This document shows, piece by piece, positions 1-12,600 of a stretch of 45,785 bases of DNA. The stretch spans positions 1-45,785 of the forward strand of contig JAUCBJ010001820.1 in NCBI GenBank assembly GCA_032718475.1. The letters are read 5' to 3'. The notes under the pieces are model-generated. The model saw only the letters and a list, made by a program, of their open reading frames with translations, had not been told where the DNA came from and searched no databases. The first letter of the stretch is position 1. Each line of letters starts with the position of its first letter. A program made the position numbers and the translations under genes. Source of the stretch: Nemertoderma westbladi (Eukaryota; Animalia; Xenacoelomorpha).

Positions 1-3000
1 ATTGTACGGATATGGACAGGGGTTGACGGGATCCGAAACAGGTAGGTTGATTGTACGGATATGGACAGGGGTTGACGGGATCCGAAACAGGTAGGTTGAT
101 TGTACGGATATGGACAGGGGTTGACGGGATCCGAAACAGGTAGGTTGATTGTACGCGATATGGACAGGGGTTGACGGGATCCGAAACAGGTAGGTTGATT
201 GTACGGATATGGACAGGGGTTGACGGGATCCGAAACAGGTAGGTTGATTGTACGGATATGGACAGGGGTTGACGGGATCCGAAACAGGTAGGTTGATTGT
301 ACGGATATGGACAGGGGTTGACGGGATCCGAAACAGGTAGGTTGATTGTACGGATATGGACAGGGGTTGACGGGATCCGAAACAGGTAGGTTGATTGTAC
401 GGATATGGACAGGGGTTGACGGGATCCGAAACAGGTAGGTTGATTGTACGGATATGGACAGGGGTTGACGGGATCCGAAACAGGTAGGTTGATTGTACGG
501 ATATGGACAGGGGTTGACGGGATCCGAAACAGGTAGGTTGATTGTACGGATATGGACAGGGGTTGACGGGATCCGAAACAGGTAGGTTGATTGTACGGAT
601 ATGGACAGGGGTTGACGGGATCCGAAACAGGTAGGTTGATTGTACGGATATGGACAGGGGTTGACGGGATCCGAAACAGGTAGGTTGATTGTACGGATAT
701 GGACAGGGGTTGACGGGATCCGAAACAGGTAGGTTGATTGTACGGATATGGACAGGGGTTGACGGGATCCGAAACAGGTAGGTTGATTGTACGGATATGG
801 ACAGGGGTTGACGGGATCCGAAACAGGTAGGTTGATTGTACGGATATGGACAGGGGTTGACGGGATCCGAAACAGGTAGGTTGATTGTACGGACGATATG
901 GACAGGGGTTGACGGGATCCGAAACAGGTAGGTTGATTGTACGGATATGGACAGGGGTTGACGGGATCCGAAACAGGTAGGTTGATTGTACGGATATGGA
1001 CAGGGGTTCACGGGATCCGAAACAGGTAGGTTGATTGTACGGGATATGGACAGGGGTTGACGGGATCCGAAACAGGTAGGTTGATTGTACGGATATGGAC
1101 AGGGGTTCACGGGATCCGAAACAGGTAGGTTGATTGTACGGATATGGACAGGGGTTGACGGGATCCGAAACAGGTAGGTTGATTGTACGGATATGGACAG
1201 GGGTTGACGGGATCCGAAACAGGTAGGTTGATTGTACGGATATGGACAGGGGTTGACGGGATCCGAAACAGGTAGGTTGATTGTACGGATATGGACAGGG
1301 GTTGACGGGATCCGAAACAGGTAGGTTGATTGTACGGATATGGACAGGGGTTGACGGGATCCGAAACAGGTAGGTTGATTGTACGGATATGGACAGGGGT
1401 TGACGGGATCCGAAACAGGTAGGTTGATTGTACGGATATGGACAGGGGTTGACGGGATCCGAAACAGGTAGGTTGATTGTACGGATATGGACAGGGGTTG
1501 ACGGGATCCGAAACAGGTAGGTTGATTGTACGGACGATATGGACAGGGGTTGACGGGATCCGAAACAGGTAGGTTGATTGTACGGATATGGACAGGGGTT
1601 GACGGGATCCGAAACAGGTAGGTTGATTGTACGGACGATATGGACAGGGGTTGACGGGATCCGAAACAGGTAGGTTGATTGTACGGACGATATGGACAGG
1701 GGTTGACGGGATCCGAAACAGGTAGGTTGATTGTACGGACGATATGGACAGGGGTTGACGGGATCCGAAACAGGTAGGTTGATTGTACGGATATGGACAG
1801 GGGTTGACGGGATCCGAAACAGGTAGGTTGATTGTACGGATATGGACAGGGGTTGACGGGATCCGAAACAGGTAGGTTGATTGTACGGATATGGACAGGG
1901 GTTCACGGGATCCGAAACAGGTAGGTTGATTGTACGGACGATATGGACAGGGGTTGACGGGATCCGAAACAGGTAGGTTGATTGTACGGATATGGACAGG
2001 GGTTGACGGGATCCGAAACAGGTAGGTTGATTGTACGGATATGGACAGGGGTTGACGGGATCCGAAACAGGTAGGTTGATTGTACGGATATGGACAGGGG
2101 TTGACGGGATCCGAAACAGGTAGGTTGATTGTACGGATATGGACAGGGGTTGACGGGATCCGAAACAGGTAGGTTGATTGTACGGATATGGACAGGGGTT
2201 GACGGGATCCGAAACAGGTAGGTTGATTGTACGGACGATATGGACAGGGGTTGACGGGATCCGAAACAGGTAGGTTGATTGTACGGATATGGACAGGGGT
2301 TGACGGGATCCGAAACAGGTAGGTTGATTGTACGGATATGGACAGGGGTTGACGGGATCCGAAACAGGTAGGTTGATTGTACGGATATGGACAGGGGTTG
2401 ACGGGATCCGAAACAGGTAGGTTGATTGTACGGATATGGACAGGGGTTGACGGGATCCGAAACAGGTAGGTTGATTGTACGGACGATATGGACAGGGGTT
2501 GACGGGATCCGAAACAGGTAGGTTGATTGTACGGATATGGACAGGGGTTGACGGGATCCGAAACAGGTAGGTTGATTGTACGGATATGGACAGGGGTTGA
2601 CGGGATCCGAAACAGGTAGGTTGATTGTACGGATATGGACAGGGGTTCACGGGATCCGAAACAGGTAGGTTGATTGTACGGACGATATGGACAGGGGTTG
2701 ACGGGATCCGAAACAGGTAGGTTGATTGTACGGATATGGACAGGGGTTGACGGGATCCGAAACAGGTAGGTTGATTGTACGGATATGGACAGGGGTTCAC
2801 GGGATCCGAAACAGGTAGGTTGATTGTACGGACGATATGGACAGGGGTTGACGGGATCCGAAACAGGTAGGTTGATTGTACGGATATGGACAGGGGTTGA
2901 CGGGATCCGAAACAGGTAGGTTGATTGTACGGATATGGACAGGGGTTGACGGGATCCGAAACAGGTAGGTTGATTGTACGGATATGGACAGGGGTTGACG

Positions 3001-5122
3001 GGATCCGAAACAGGTAGGTTGATTGTACGGATATGGACAGGGGTTGACGGGATCCGAAACAGGTAGGTTGATTGTACGGATATGGACAGGGGTTGACGGG
3101 ATCCGAAACAGGTAGGTTGATTGTACGGATATGGACAGGGGTTGACGGGATCCGAAACAGGTAGGTTGATTGTACGGATATGGACAGGGGTTGACGGGAT
3201 CCGAAACAGGTAGGTTGATTGTACGGACGATATGGACAGGGGTTGACGGGATCCGAAACAGGTAGGTTGATTGTACGGACGATATGGACAGGGGTTGACG
3301 GGATCCGAAACAGGTAGGTTGATTGTACGGATATGGACAGGGGTTGACGGGATCCGAAACAGGTAGGTTGATTGTACGGACGATATGGACAGGGGTTGAC
3401 GGGATCCGAAACAGGTAGGTTGATTGTACGGACGATATGGACAGGTGTTGACGGGATCCGAAACAGGTAGGTTGATTGTACGGACGATATGGACAGGTGT
3501 TGACGGGATCCGAAACAGGTAGGTTGATTGTACGGACGATATGGACAGGTGTTGACGGGATCCGAAACAGGTAGGTTGATTGTACGGACGATATGGACAG
3601 GGGTTGACGGGATCCGAAACAGGTAGGTTGATTGTACGGATATGGACAGGGGTTGACGGGATCCGAAACAGGTAGGTTGATTGTACGGACGATATGGACA
3701 GGGGTTGACGGGATCCGAAACAGGTAGGTTGATTGTACGGATATGGACAGGGGTTGACGGGATCCGAAACAGGTAGGTTGATTGTACGGATATGGACAGG
3801 GGTTGACGGGATCCGAAACAGGTAGGTTGATTGTACGGATATGGACAGGGGTTGACGGGATCCGAAACAGGTAGGTTGATTGTACGGATATGGACAGGGG
3901 TTGACGGGATCCGAAACAGGTAGGATATGGACAGGGGTTGACGGGATCCGAAACAGGTAGGTTGATTGTACGGATATGGACAGGGGTTGACGGGATCCGA
4001 AACAGGTAGGTTGATTGTACGGATATGGACAGGGGTTGACGGGATCCGAAACAGGTAGGTTGATTGTACGGATATGGACAGGGGTTGACGGGATCCGAAA
4101 CAGGTAGGATATGGACAGGGGTTGACGGGATCCGAAACAGGTAGGTTGATTGTACGGATATGGACAGGGGTTGACGGGATCCGAAACAGGTAGGATATGG
4201 ACAGGGGTTGACGGGATCCGAAACAGGTAGGTTGATTGTACGGATATGGACAGGGGTTGACGGGATCCGAAACAGGTAGGTTGATTGTACGGACGATATG
4301 GACAGGTGTTGACGGGATCCGAAACAGGTAGGTTGATTGTACGGACGATATGGACAGGGGTTGACGGGATCCGAAACAGGTAGGTTGATTGTACGGATAT
4401 GGACAGGGGTTGACGGGATCCGAAACAGGTAGGTTGATTGTACGGACGATATGGACAGGGGTTGACGGGATCCGAAACAGGTAGGTTGATTGTACGGATA
4501 TGGACAGGGGTTGACGGGATCCGAAACAGGTAGGTTGATTGTACGGATATGGACAGGGGTTGACGGGAACCGAAACAGGTAGGTGGATTGTACGGATATG
4601 GACAGGGGTTCACGGGATCCGAAACAGGTAGGTTGATTGTACGGACGATATGGACAGGGGTTGACGGGATCCGAAACAGGTAGGTTGATTGTACGGATAT
4701 GGACAGGGGTTGACGGGATCCGAAACAGGTAGGTTGATTGTACGGATATGGACAGGGGTTGACGGGATCCGAAACAGGTAGGTTGATTGTACGGATATGG
4801 ACAGGGGTTGACGGGATCCGAAACAGGTAGGTTGATTGTACGGATATGGACAGGGGTTGACGGGATCCGAAACAGGTAGGTTGATTGTACGGATATGGAC
4901 AGGGGTTGACGGGATCCGAAACAGGTAGGTTGATTGTACGGATATGGACAGGGGTTGACGGGATCCGAAACAGGTACGTTGATTGTACGGATATGGACAG
5001 GGGTTGACGGGATCCGAAACAGGTAGGTTGATTGTACGGATATGGACAGGGGTTGACGGGATCCGAAACAGGTAGGATATGGACAGGGGTTGACGGGATC
5101 CGAAACAGGTACGTTGATTGTA
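1..5122. repeat. 49-bp tandem array (about 104 copies visible, runs off the window start); unit contains CAG|GTAGGT
   Basis: Unit attgtacggatatggacaggggttgacgggatccgaaacaggtaggttg, with 52-bp (+3) and 37-bp (-12) variants. Ends ...aaacaggtacgttgattgta at about 5122 and passes into unique AT-rich sequence. Confidence 0.98.
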
Positions 5123-6332
5123 GGTAACGATGTGAAGATGGTCAACATCTGAACATATAGTCAAGTCCATCTCTATTTAATGTTTTATCGTCTCATCACT
5201 ACTGCTAGTAATTTAATATTTGTATTTATTTTTTACATTTTTGCTCTTATTGTGACCAACTATTAAATTGGCTTAATTAATTTGAAATGCTTAGTCAACA
5301 TTTTTTTACAATTTCTATATTTTAATATCATATTTTTTTCCAGAATTTAATTTCTACTTAAGGATATATACATAGAGACAATCACGAACAGAGTATGCGC
5401 TTATTTTCCTATTTAAATACTATAAAAGAATAGGGCAATCAGCGAATTGATCTTTAAATCCATAAAATGATGCGACAATTGATTGGAGCAGTTATTTCTT
5501 GGCGCAGATTAAACCTAATTTCGCCTCTCCCCTGCTGTGCCCTCTAGAACGCTTCCACCGCTATTGGAAGGAGAGCGCAAAACTAATTAGTCACGCGGTT
5601 GGTGTAAGAGGCCTAGCTGATTCGCCGTTATATGGCCCATCCGCTATGCGACGCAGTGGGTGAGACTCCATTTACCGTCCATTAAAGTATTTCCTCGAGG
5701 CACTCAAAATATTCGCCCACGAACAAAATCACATCCCCGAATAATATAATTAATAACCCATTACATCTTCATAATTCATATGTTCTATACGAGTTGATTC
5801 TGGGAGCTCGTAGTTGGTTCGTATTAACCGCCAATTAGCGGGCGGTTGTTAATATCATGTACATGGGAGTGTACCTGTATATCACACTGTCAACTCTCCA
5901 GAGACGAGAGTGAATCACGGATTCAAGGCTAAATCCCAGATTTCTGCCTTAAAAATGCCCGGAATTAGGTTTTTCGCAAATAATTAGTGACTATAAACGA
6001 CCTGGTGACGATGTTATACAGAGAATTTATTGTTGTATCCGCAAGAAGTACACCAAATGAAAGGACCATGTAGCTTTTAATAACAAGCGATAATACGGCA
6101 GATAATGGGCGTGGTTTTTGTAATACATGGGGCGTTCTTTGGGCATTCGCTAATGATGGCAAATCCTTAAGAATTTTGTGTCATTAATGCGAGAGTTTAC
6201 AAATTGTCACATATATACTACAATAACAGAAGTAACTCCTACGTATGAATGATACATTGACGTCAAATTAGGGTTTCCTAGGTGATCGGAGTTAACGAGT
6301 GAGTAGGCCATGCGTTTTGAACAATAAGAAGG

Positions 6333-7082
6333 TTTACTGAACATATTAATATGCGACCTTTACTGAACATATCAATATGCGACCTTTACTGAACATATCA
6401 ATATACGACCTTTACTGAACATATCAATATGCGACCTTTACTGAACATATCAATATGCGACCTTTACTGAACACATCAATATGCGACCTTTACTGATCAT
6501 ATCAATATGCGACCTTTACGGAAAATATCAATATGCGACCTTTACTGAACATATCAATATGCTACCTTTACTGAACATATCAATATGCTACCTTTACTGA
6601 ACATATCAATATGCGACCTTTACTGAACATATCAATATGCGACCTTTACTGAACATATCAATATGCGACCTTTACTGAACATATCAATATGCGATTTTAC
6701 TGAACATATCAATATGCGACCTTTACTAAACATATCCATATGCGACCTTTACTGAACATATCAATATGCGACCTTTACTGAACATATCAATATGCGACCT
6801 TTACTGAACATATCAATATGCGACCTTTACTGAACATATCAATATGCGACCTTTACTGAACATATCAATATGCGACCTTTACTGAACATTTCAATATGCG
6901 ACCTTTACTAAACATATCCATATGCGACCTTTACTGAACATATCAATATGCGACCTTTACTGAACATATCAATATGCGACCTTTACTGAACATACCAATA
7001 TGCGACCTTTACTGAACATATTAATCAATTATTGTTAATTGAACAATAAGAAGGTTTACTGAACATTTCAATATGCGACCTT
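6333..7082. repeat. 26-bp minisatellite (about 27 copies)
   Basis: Unit tttactgaacatatcaatatgcgacc. The leading flank ttgaacaataagaagg (about 6317) recurs at about 7039 with one more unit. Confidence 0.95.
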
Positions 7083-7321
7083 CTAGTCGACTATATATTA
7101 GACGACTAGGAAAGATTAATTGTATTTTCTATAAATATGAATTCGTCGACTGTATGTTTAGGCCTACGCCCAATAATTATACTAATAATAAAACCATAAA
7201 AACAATCGCACCTAGAAGAAAATCTTAAGATATTCAACTACCGAACCGGTTTTATACCAAGGCGCCACACCCTTGGTGAGATTAATAAATAATATTAGTA
7301 CCTGCATGCATAGATCTTGAC

Positions 7322-7580
7322 ACAGCCAAGACTTTCGTGAGACGCCCTAAATGACACTGGCCTTGAAGATGAGGATAATCTCGCGAAAGTCATGGGGGAT
7401 AAGGAGTTGTAGCGGTGCAACTTTGTTGATAAGCCGGCACAGCATTTTTAATGCACGCTGCATTGGGCTTGCCAATTGTAGATTGCATGGTGGTGACTAA
7501 ATGTTTTTGTTAAGCTGGCATAGCATCTCAATGCGCAGTTTCAATGCATCAGCAGGCCGATTATAGTAGTAGTAGTAGTA
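7322..7580 (+). mobile_element. Degenerate 3' fragment of an RTE-clade LINE (same family as 14283-16481)
   Basis: Aligns by eye with the reverse complement of about 14285-14450 (DTGLEDEDNLAKVMGDKEL*RCNFVDKPAQHF* vs DTGLKDADDLANVMGDRELWRCNFVDKPAQHS*). Ends in a (TAG)5 tail. Confidence 0.85.
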
Positions 7581-7744
7581 AATTTGGTTTTAATAATGGC
7601 TAACAATTAAAATCATCCCAAAATTGATGAAAATTTAACCAAAAGTAATTTATATTACACCAAATTAAATAATGTGACCCCAAAAAAAATTATTCAACAC
7701 CAAAACAAATTATTCGCACCAAAATAAATGACAAAACCCCAAAA

Positions 7745-8172
7745 TAATTACACATTTTCCCAAAACAAATACATTTTCCCAAAGCAAATACATTTTTCGC
7801 CCAAAATAAATACATTTTCGCACAAAACAAATACATTTTCGCCCAAAATAAATACATTTCCCCCCAAAATAAATACATCTTCCCCCAAAACAAATACATT
7901 TTCGCCCAAAACAAATACATTTTCGCCCAAAACAAATACATTTTTGCCCAAAATAAATACATCTTCCCCCAAAACAAATAAATTTTCGCCCAAAACAAAT
8001 ACATTTTCGCCCAAAACAAATACATTTTCGCCCAAAATAAATACATTTTCCCCCAAAATAAATAAATCTTCCCCCAAAACAAACAAATACATTTTCGCCC
8101 AAATCAAATACATTTTCGCCCAAAACAAATACATTTTTGCCCAAAATAAATACATAATCCCCCAAAATAAAT
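7745..8172. repeat. 21-bp minisatellite (aaatacattttcgcccaaaac)
   Basis: About 20 degenerate copies; faces the oppositely oriented array at 8420-8655. Confidence 0.9.
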
Positions 8173-8419
8173 ACTGCAGCAATATGCCTAGCACTTCCTG
8201 GAAGGCCAACGAAGGCGAAAAGAGCATTTATAACTCAGTGACTCCAAAACATATAGTTTAGGCCTATAAACAGTCTCAGTTACAGACTCTCAGTTTGGTA
8301 TAAATGTAGGCCCCCTATAATATGATTAAACATTTTGTTTGAATAGTAGAAATAAATATAATAAATTAATATTTTGAAAAATAAATTTTCCATAAAATAT
8401 TTGGTGCTGTAATAATTTT

Positions 8420-8655
8420 TTTGGTTATGAATAATAGTTTTTGGGGGATGCAGAATTGTTTTTGGGGGATGAATAATTGTTTTGGGGGGATGCATAATTG
8501 TTTTTGGGGTATCAATAATTGTTTTTGGGGGATGAATAATTGTATTTGGGGAATCAATAATTGTTTTTGGGGGATGAATAATTGTTTTTGGGGGATGAAT
8601 AATTGTTTTTGGGGGATGAATAATTGTTTTTGGGGGATGAATAATTATTTTTGGT
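8420..8655. repeat. 21-bp minisatellite (ggggatgaataattgtttttg)
   Basis: About 11 copies. The TTTTGGGG core is complementary to the CCCAAAA core of the 7745-8172 array. Confidence 0.9.
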
Positions 8656-8943
8656 GAGAGGGATATTCAAAATTGGGGGATGTGAATTGGTGCTACAAAA
8701 AAATATATTTGGGGCAAAATAATTTATTTTGGTGTTAAATCATCTAATTTGAGGTGGGGGGAGGGGGGGTGGCATTCAATTAGTGGCGTTAATTATTTAT
8801 AAATCGTTTTTGGGGGACCCATTCGGAGGGCCGACGGGGGAGGGGGGGTGGCATTCAATTAGCGGCGTTTAATAATCGTCTTTAAATGACTTGTTTCATT
8901 GCAATTCGTCAGTTTCACCGAAACTTTGTGCTTTTCTGTTATG

Positions 8944-9089
8944 AGGTGCAAGAGTTGTTTAGTAATTAAATAAAGGTGCAAGAGGTGTTTAGTAAGTAAA
9001 TAAAGGTGCAAGAGGTGTTTAGTAAGTAAATAAAGGTGCAAGAGGTGTTTAGTAAGTAAATAAAGGTGCAAGAGGTGTTTAGTAAGTAA
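8944..9089. repeat. 30-bp tandem repeat (about 5 copies)
   Basis: Unit aaggtgcaagaggtgtttagtaagtaaata. Confidence 0.9.
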
Positions 9090-9469
9090 AATAAATAAGG
9101 AAAATTTTTCGTTTATGCAGTACTTTTCCAGGTCCAAATTCTTTGCTATATTATAACTTTGGGTTCCGTATATTTTATAAATTTACAATATTTCGGTAAT
9201 GATATCCTGCTGTCGTATTATGTGGACAAATAATAGATTTACGATTATTATTGGTTTTATTATCCAAATCGTGTTATGGTATTATATTATTGTTATTGTG
9301 CTCTGGTGTTTTTGTCTAGTTTATTATGTTATTATTCGTGAATAAATTACCTATCTATCTATCTAATAGTAGTATGCGTAGATCTTTATTAGAAGTTTGA
9401 TAAATTTTTATATATCGGAAATTTAAGCAGTAATTTCATAAGGTGTAACAACGCTTTTTGTTGTTGTAG

Positions 9470-9680
9470 GAACAATATGGGCTATAAGTGACGTCCACTA
9501 TAACTACAACTACGACACTCAACAAGGTACTAAGGAGTACCCTCAGATGGGATGCTACCCTGTGCCGGATTCCGACCGTATCTATGGTAACTACCGTTGT
9601 GATCCACCAATGAGGTTGATTTTATCCGCAGTAGAAGCAATGGGGAAAATGGGCCGACCCGAATTCGTTATATGGAACGG
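9470..9680 (+). CDS. SMPDL3-like exon (presumed exon 2): (G)TIWAISDVHYNY...GNYRCDPPMRLILSAVEAMGKMGRPEFVIWNG
   Basis: ttgttgtag acceptor, GG|gtaagc donor, DxH metal motif. Not in the ORF track because it has no start codon. Confidence 0.92.
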
Positions 9681-12600
9681 GTAAGCCTTTAGATAGGAAC
9701 GGGTAAGCCTTTAGATAGGAACGGGTAAGCCTTTAGATAAGAACGTGTAAGCCTTTAGATAGGAACGTGTAAGCCTTTAGATAGGAACGGACAAGTTTAT
9801 ATAGGGACGGGTGAGCCTTTAGGTATGAACGGGTAAGCCTTTAGATAAGAACGTGTAAGCCTTTAGATAGGAACGGGTAAGCCTTTAGATAGGAAAGGGT
9901 AAGCCTTTAGATAGGAACGGATAAGTTTATATAGGAACGGGTAAGCCTTTAGATAGGAACGGGTAAGCTTTTAGATATGAATGGGAAAGCCTTTAGATAG
10001 GAACGGGTAAGCCTTTAGATAGGAACGGTTAAGCCTTTAGATAGGAATGGATAAGATTTTAGATATGGATGGGTAAGCCTTTAGATAGGAATGGGCAACA
10101 TTTCAGATAGGGATGGATAAGTCTTTAGATAGGAATGGGCAACATTTCAGATATGGATGGATAAGTCTTTAGATAGGAATAGGCAACATTTCAGATAGGG
10201 ATGGATAATATTTTAGATAGGGATGGGTAAGTCTTTAGATAGGAATGGATAAGATTTTAGATAGGGATGGGTAAGTCTTTAGATAGGAATGGGCAACATT
10301 TCAGATATGGATGGATAAGTCTTTAGATAGGAATGGGCAACATTTCAGATATGGATGGATAAGTCTTTAGATAGGAATGGATAAGATTTTAGATAGGGAT
10401 GGGTAAGTCTTTAGATAGGAATGGGTAAGATTTTAGATAGGGATGGGTAAGTCTTTAGATAGGAATGGGTAAGATTTTAGATAGGGATGGGTAAGTCTTT
10501 AGATAGGAATGGGCAACATTTCAGATATGGATGGGTAAGTCTTTAGATAGGAATGGGTAAGATTTTAGATAGGGATGGGTAAGTCTTTAGATAGGAATGG
10601 GTAAGATTTTAGATAGGGATGGGTAAGTCTTTAGATAGGAATGGGTAAGATTTTAGATAGGGATGGGTAAGTCTTTAGATAGGAATGGGTAAGACTTTAG
10701 ATAGGGATGGTAAACCTTAAGATGAAAACGGGTTAGTTATTAATTAGATAGGAATCAGTAAGTCTTTATATAAGAACGTATGCTTTTTAGATTGGATTGT
10801 AACACATGAATTGGATTGGTACTGAAACGAGTCTGAAATAAGGATAAGAATAGAAAAATACCTGATATTTATTCCTAATTTTTTTTTTCTGAGTAAAATA
10901 TTTTAACACATTAGAAAAATACTCAATTGATCGCCAATGTCCGGTTCAATGCTAAACACTACAACGGTGACTAATTAATATCATCATAGGAAGTACTAAA
11001 TTTAAATTTTCTACACTGTGATAACGTGGGGGGTCGTCCATTCCATAATGGACGTCCGAGGTCAGAGGGATGATAGAAATATCAATAAACAGGATAAAAA
11101 TATGATTAATTGAAGACGCATTTTCAGTATGCCTCTAAGCTCTTGTTTATTAAGTTACGAATATCTAAGTTATCAATATCCGCTGGTTACAGAGCCATTC
11201 AATGATTGACTACTATCGATGTGTGACCAGAAAGGATCTGTAACAGTCGCGATATGTTTTCGAGAGGTACAATTTGAGTAACAATGTGTTCCAAGTAATT
11301 CCAAATAATGGTCGTAAATGTGCGATTCGATTATAATACATGAACTATAGTAGGCCTACGGTACATTTAGGAACGAACTATCAACAGTTTTAACCCAGAT
11401 ACTCTATGGCACCACAAATTATTTAGTGTCGTGCTGTGTTAATATACGTGAAGTGGGTTTTGTTACTCTAAGAAGAATTGATGTAACTATTGAGATTTTG
11501 TAATACGATCTCGCATCCGTCATCTTCTTCCTCTTCTGATAGTTAATTAATGATGTTTCGGCTATAGTATTATGCGTTTCGCAGATAACGGACCGGCAGG
11601 CATTACCTTACAAACTCTATTGTGTGCTACTGTAGTCATTATGGGGAAGCCATCAGGGAACCACAGTGGCGGTGAGGTGTGTTCACAATCTACAACATCG
11701 TGACATCCTGACAATCATTCAGATTTGCCTAACTGCTCTATTTATAATTAATCCTCCAGAATTAGAAGCACGGTCGAAATGACAAATCGGTTGGTGGTGC
11801 CAATAATATGTATTTCCCTTTTGAATAAATGGCATTGCATAGGATACAATGCTCATGTCATGTAGTCATTTAACGTTAGGACAAACTCGGTAACATGGTG
11901 TTGCCAAAACCAAGCATCACCCTGAAGCCACAACGAATGAATCCCGCGGCCATTGCCAGTGGATTAACTTATGTTCTATCATGGCGGTGGTAGGAGAGTA
12001 TGCCTACTAGCGGACCAATGTATTATGTATTTATTAAATACCGGAAAATAATTTATAATTAAATTATATAATTTATATATTATATAATATTATATTATAT
12101 ATTTGTATATGTGTTTAAAATCCATAGATTGTATAAATTATTAAGTAATTAAACAGGACTAAGGATGAGTGGTGTAGTGGTTAGCATACCTGAACGTTTA
12201 TCGGGAGACGCGGGTTCGATCCCCGCTGGTGGCGAATTCATTTTTCCGCTCCATTTGCTATAGAGTTGGATCATCCTTAGTCCTGTTTAATTACTTAATA
12301 ATTTATATTTTTATATATATTTATATAATTATAATTTAAGTTCGAATTCACGTTGTAAATTGATTAAACTTGCCTATATAATACCCGGTATGCATAATCA
12401 TCATATGGTTGACCTTATAATTCGTCATAACTTCATCCAAGAGTAGGCCTAAATACATTAAAATATCCTTTACGGAAACACTTTACTAGATCCGAGAAAT
12501 AAGTTCTACTTCCTCTTAATTTACATTGTCTATAGATTAACTTCCGGATTTGGCAGCTAATTTATAATATTACTTACAGAGATAATATGCCACATATCGA

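Noticed and set aside
1107-5170. Long minus-strand ORFs (1168, 783 and 186 aa)
   Set aside because: They are translations of the 49-bp satellite cycling through all three frames, with no domain and no unique sequence.
7330-7392. Possible Penelope-type hammerhead ribozyme (actttcg...ttgaagatga...cgaaagt)
   Set aside because: The CUGANGA core is imperfect, and the segment aligns with the coding 3' end of the RTE at 14.3-14.45 kb.
7690-8657. Repetitive ORFs (MYLFWAK, KTNTFSP, NNCFWGM)
   Set aside because: They are artefacts of 21-bp minisatellites.
8944-9089. GTAAGT in the 30-bp repeat as another amplified splice donor
   Set aside because: No credible exon or signal-peptide ORF leads into the first copy, which has gtaatt instead.
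12163-12236. Functional tRNA-Asn(GTT) gene
   Set aside because: The acceptor stem cannot pair and the anticodon loop lacks U33 and purine 37; it is embedded in a TIR element.
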